From a virus (taxonomy: Duplodnaviria > Caudoviricetes): a stretch of 64,000 nucleotides of DNA. The notes under the pieces were generated by a model. The model saw nothing but the letters and a program-made list of their open reading frames with translations. It searched no databases and was not told where the DNA came from. Below are positions 60,084 to 64,000 of this stretch, piece by piece. The DNA is taken from IMG/VR virus record IMGVR_UViG_3300018492_000150, positions 1-64,000 of that record. One strand, written 5' to 3'. The position numbers were made by a program, and so were the translations under genes. Position 1 is the stretch's first letter; every line of letters begins with the position of its first letter.

Positions 60084-63000
60084 CTATAATGCTTTCTTTT
60101 TATGCATATATAATGTAAGAGTTGTAGACGAATTTATAATTGTATCAATATTACCAAGAACTTCCCAAGTTCCTCCGCATGTAGATGAGAAGAATGTCGC
60201 ACTTGAACTTGTAGTCCATAATACTGTTCCGACAGGGAAATCTACTTTCTTAGCACTATTAGCAGGACCTCCTGCAGAAGAAGAACCTGCATAATTGTGG
60301 GTATGGCTTGTCGGAGCATACCCAGAATGAGAGTGAGATTTTGCCGCGGCACCTATAGCTGCAGGAGTAATGTTAACCTCTTTAGCAGCAGAACCATCAT
60401 AAGTTGCTGCTGTAGTACCATTTGTCTTAACTGTCAAAGCATATGGATTCTTAAGCGATGTAGGTAATCCAGTAATTTGACTTGCTGGATGTGTATGGCT
60501 AGAAGCTGCATAATTGTGGGTGTGTGAAGCAGCAGCAGCACCAATTTCTGACGGAGTTGGTTTATTTACTGAGCTATATATTTCACTCCAACTATTGAAA
60601 GATGTGCCATTATGAAATCTATAATATATAATATTATCACTTCCATGAAGTTTTTGTGCAATATTACCACCAGCTATTCTATACACTTCTAGACCAAAGT
60701 GTTCTACCGATGATGGTTTATTTTTTACAGTATTACCACCAGCAGCAAAATAATTTCCTGGAGTAAGCAAACTGTTCAAATCTTCTGAAGTTAATTGCTT
60801 AGAGTAACTATTTGGGATTTCTATATTCTTAGTTCCGTCGAATGAAATTCCATTAATAGTTCTAGCTGTTGCTAATTTTATTGCACTATTCGCAGACCCT
60901 CCTGCTGATCCAGACCCTGCATAGTTATGAGTATGGCTTGTTGGAGCATATCCAGAGTGAGAGTGGGATGCTGCAGCAGCACCTATAGCTGCAGGAGTAA
61001 TATTTACTGTCTTCGCAGACCCTCCGTTAAAAGTAAATTTATTAGTATCTTCAGTTGTACCGCCATTAAATTGCATGGTAAGTGCATATGGACTTACCTG
61101 TGCTGTTGGAATATTTACTGTTACTGCCCCCGAACCATCATATGTAGCTGTAGCAGCTCCAGTAAACTTAAGAGCATATGGGTTAGACAGCTTAGTAGGA
61201 ATCCCTGTAATTTGACTTGCTGGATGAGTGTGACTAGCCGCAGCTTTACCGTTTAATTGTGTTTGAACTGCACTTGTAACACCTTTCATATAGTTCAATT
61301 CAGTTGCTGAAGCAGTTACTCCTAATGCTGATAATGTTAATGATATAGGCTGCCAAGTCCCATCTCCTCTAAGATACTTGTTATTTTCTCCAACTCCTGG
61401 AGTTGGAACAAAACCAGTACCTCCTGCAGCTGAAGTAGTTGCTCCTTTAAATGTACTATGTCCATGACTAGCAGCTGCAGCTCCTACAGATGATGCCGTA
61501 ATATTAACTTCTTTAGATACAGAACCGTCATATACTGCAGCTGATGTTCCATTTGTCTTAACTGTCAAAGCATATGGATTCTTAAGCGATGTTGGAAGTC
61601 CTGTAATTTGACTTGCTGCATGAGTATGGCTAGCAGCTGCAGCTCCTATTAACGCAGGTGTTATATTAACATTCTTAGCTACTGATCCGTTAAAAGTAAA
61701 TTTATTAGTATCTTCAGTTGTACCGCCATTAAATTGCATGGTAAGTGCATATGGACTTGCCTGTGCTGTTGGAATATTTACAGTAACAGCTCCAGACCCA
61801 TCATATGTAGCTGTAGCAGCTCCAGTAAACTTAAGAGCTTGAGGATTAGGTAATTTAGTAGGTAATCCAGTAATTTGACTTGCTGGATGTGTATGGCTAG
61901 AAGGCGCTGCTCCTATTTCTGCAGCTGTAGGTTTGGCAGCTGCACTATATACTTTCTGCCAAGCCCCAAATGAAGCATTATCACGAACTCGATAATATAT
62001 GATATTATTATTTCCATGTAATTTTTGTGCAATAGGCCCACTAGCTATTCTATACACTTCTAGACCAAAGTAGTCTACCGATGATGGTTTATTTTTTACA
62101 GTATTACCGCCAGCACCAAAATAATTTCCAGGTGTAAGCAATTCATTAAGATCTTCTGAAGTTAATTGCTTAGAGTAATTATTTGGAATGTCTATATTCT
62201 TAGTACCATCAAATGAAATTCCATTAATAGTTCTAGCTGTAGCTAATTTTACTGCACTATTGGCTGATCCTCCAGCTGATCCTGAGCCAGCATAATTATG
62301 AGTATGGCTTGATGATGCTTTACCATTTAATTGTGTTTGAACTGCACTTGTAACACCTTTCATATAATTTAGTTCAGTTGCTGAAGCAGTTACTCCTAAT
62401 GCTGATAATGAAAGTGGAACTACTTGCCATGTCCCATCCCCTCTTAAGAATTTACTTTGTTCTCCTATTGCAGGTGCAGGAACAAATCCAGTACCACCAG
62501 CTGCTGAAGCAGATGCCCCTTTAAATACACTATGGCTATGACCAGATGTAGCAGCTCCAATTGAAGATGGTGTTATATTAACTTCTTTAGCAGCAGATCC
62601 ATCATAAGTTGCTGCAGTTGCACCATTAGTTTTAATACTAAGGGAATATGGATTTTTTAATGATGTAGGCAATCCAGTAATTTGAGATGATGGATGTGTA
62701 TGAGATGAAGCTGCAGCTCCAATTGAAGCTGGTGTTATATTAACTTCTTTAGCAGCAGAACCGTCAAATGTAAATTTATTGGTACCTTCAGTAACGCCAC
62801 CATTAAGTTGTAATGTGAGCTGTGAATTTGTTTTTGAGGTCGTAGGAATATTTACAGTAACAGCTCCAGACCCATCATATGTAGCTGTAGCAGCTCCAGT
62901 AAACTTAAGAGCTTGAGGATTAGGTAATTTAGTAGGTAATCCAGTAATATCAGAAGCAGCAATTTTTTGCCAAGATTCTGATCCTGCAGTAGCACCTGCT

Positions 63001-63296
63001 TTTAAGAATTTACCAGAATTGGTTGTTCCTGTAGCAGGAACATGATGGTTACCATCTCCAGTAGGATGCTTATAAGGAGCTCCTGTTGTGAGAGGATCCC
63101 ATTTAGAACCAGTATATACATAACTTGTACTGTTTTCTTTTACAAATACTCTTAAACCTGCGGTAGCGGCTTTAAGAGTAACGAGTCTATCTCTTTCGGC
63201 AATTGTTTCTACTTGTTGCCGCACATCTAATAACGCTTCAGCTTGAAGCTTAAAAGGTGATGCAACAACAATGCCTTTTTTATCTTCGAATGCCAT
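60084..63296 (-). CDS. Tail fibre protein with internal repeats
   Basis: Repeated HTHPASQITGLP, YDGS, ARTINGISFDGT, FLRGDGTW and two knob-like DLNxLLTPGNY domains. Confidence 0.9.
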   Translation of the reverse strand: MAFEDKKGIVVASPFKLQAEALLDVRQQVETIAERDRLVTLKAATAGLRVFVKENSTSYVYTGSKWDPLTTGAPYKHPTGDGNHHVPATGTTNSGKFLKAGATAGSESWQKIAASDITGLPTKLPNPQALKFTGAATATYDGSGAVTVNIPTTSKTNSQLTLQLNGGVTEGTNKFTFDGSAAKEVNITPASIGAAASSHTHPSSQITGLPTSLKNPYSLSIKTNGATAATYDGSAAKEVNITPSSIGAATSGHSHSVFKGASASAAGGTGFVPAPAIGEQSKFLRGDGTWQVVPLSLSALGVTASATELNYMKGVTSAVQTQLNGKASSSHTHNYAGSGSAGGSANSAVKLATARTINGISFDGTKNIDIPNNYSKQLTSEDLNELLTPGNYFGAGGNTVKNKPSSVDYFGLEVYRIASGPIAQKLHGNNNIIYYRVRDNASFGAWQKVYSAAAKPTAAEIGAAPSSHTHPASQITGLPTKLPNPQALKFTGAATATYDGSGAVTVNIPTAQASPYALTMQFNGGTTEDTNKFTFNGSVAKNVNITPALIGAAAASHTHAASQITGLPTSLKNPYALTVKTNGTSAAVYDGSVSKEVNITASSVGAAAASHGHSTFKGATTSAAGGTGFVPTPGVGENNKYLRGDGTWQPISLTLSALGVTASATELNYMKGVTSAVQTQLNGKAAASHTHPASQITGIPTKLSNPYALKFTGAATATYDGSGAVTVNIPTAQVSPYALTMQFNGGTTEDTNKFTFNGGSAKTVNITPAAIGAAAASHSHSGYAPTSHTHNYAGSGSAGGSANSAIKLATARTINGISFDGTKNIEIPNSYSKQLTSEDLNSLLTPGNYFAAGGNTVKNKPSSVEHFGLEVYRIAGGNIAQKLHGSDNIIYYRFHNGTSFNSWSEIYSSVNKPTPSEIGAAAASHTHNYAASSHTHPASQITGLPTSLKNPYALTVKTNGTTAATYDGSAAKEVNITPAAIGAAAKSHSHSGYAPTSHTHNYAGSSSAGGPANSAKKVDFPVGTVLWTTSSSATFFSSTCGGTWEVLGNIDTIINSSTTLTLYMHKKKAL

Positions 63297-63307
63297 TTTT
63301 TCGCCTC

Positions 63308-64000
63308 CTACCATTGAAATTTATTATTAAAATTGGTTACTGTAGACTTATCACTAACGTAAACATAATAATCTACAGTAGAGCCATCTAGACATTGAAT
63401 TGGTACGGTATATATTGTAAATGTGCTAGTTACATTGAAATTGTTCTGGTCGTAAATAGCACTTAAAGTACCGTATGATTTTGGATAAGCAAAAACAAAA
63501 CGTTGGTTATTTGCAGTAAATGAATAGGTCTTAGTTCCTTTACTTTCAATATGTTTTGTCAAAGCTTTAATTTCTTCTTGTGTTGGAATTGTATCTGTTG
63601 ATAAACTTCCATGATATATAGGATGAACAAAGGTAAATGTACCTGTGTTTTTTGATACAACTGCTCCTGTGTCATCATATACTTTAGCAGTAAAATATTT
63701 ATTGGTTCTAACTGCTATATTCAAAACAAAATCAAAAGTTCCACCTTTAGAAACTCCATCTGTTTTAGTAGCAATAATATTAGAACCTTCTACAATATCA
63801 ATCTTTGTAAGATTATTTGATTTAATTGTAGCATTAACTCTTATCTTAGTCACAGATACCAATGTACCCATCTCATAAGTTCCTCCATTTCCAGGAGTTA
63901 AAACTTGAGCAGATACAGTTGGAGAGACGTATGGATATAATATCATATCAAACATTTCTTGAAGAGTTTTATTATTAAATGTAGTACCAATAGGTATACC
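63308..64000 (-). CDS. Virion structural protein, 5'-truncated
   Basis: Frame open to the window edge; Ig-like beta-rich sequence, FAYPKSYG; adjacent to the fibre gene. Confidence 0.6.
   Translation of the reverse strand, partial: GIPIGTTFNNKTLQEMFDMILYPYVSPTVSAQVLTPGNGGTYEMGTLVSVTKIRVNATIKSNNLTKIDIVEGSNIIATKTDGVSKGGTFDFVLNIAVRTNKYFTAKVYDDTGAVVSKNTGTFTFVHPIYHGSLSTDTIPTQEEIKALTKHIESKGTKTYSFTANNQRFVFAYPKSYGTLSAIYDQNNFNVTSTFTIYTVPIQCLDGSTVDYYVYVSDKSTVTNFNNKFQW

Noticed and set aside
60084-63296. Diversity-generating retroelement or invertible shufflon at the fibre gene
   Set aside because: No reverse transcriptase or invertase in the window; repeats are direct and in frame, and differences are not confined to adenines.
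1567-63878. Short antisense or overlapping ORFs in the track (e.g. 1567-1818, 20423-20731, 52099-52377, 55453-55848, 57040-57456)
   Set aside because: They shadow well-supported genes on the other strand or frame and lack an RBS or motifs.

Overview
AT-rich 64-kb segment of a large myovirus (jumbo phage) of the phiKZ/AR9(PBS1)-like type. Strong AGGAGG ribosome-binding sites and Firmicutes-style tRNAs and NrdD point to an anaerobic Firmicutes host. Core genes: four fragments of two multisubunit RNA polymerases, the N-terminal half of a split family-B DNA polymerase, an intron-split DnaB helicase, a RecD/Dda helicase, type IIA topoisomerase B and A subunits, RecA, NAD ligase, SbcC, a tubulin/FtsZ-like protein, intron-split NrdD plus NrdG, dUTPase, two tRNAs, portal, tail tube, sheath and a repetitive tail fibre. 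Main hunt results: (1) three non-coding arrays (about 34 units, 35-nt period, ATATATCA-N9-AAAGATTCA-N9) around a Nop/IS110-C-terminal-like protein with no visible nuclease domain, i.e. a TIGR-Tas-like dual-spacer RNA-guided system with unusual architecture; (2) a short peptide motif, hydrophobic-[KR]-P-F, recurring in tails of DNA-acting proteins (helicase, polymerase, RNAP, ligase, homing endonucleases), a candidate docking or import signal; (3) candidate small RNAs, one carrying a perfect anti-Shine-Dalgarno sequence; (4) AR9-like late promoters in a phage that encodes dUTPase. All protein calls come from motifs read by eye; no searches were run.
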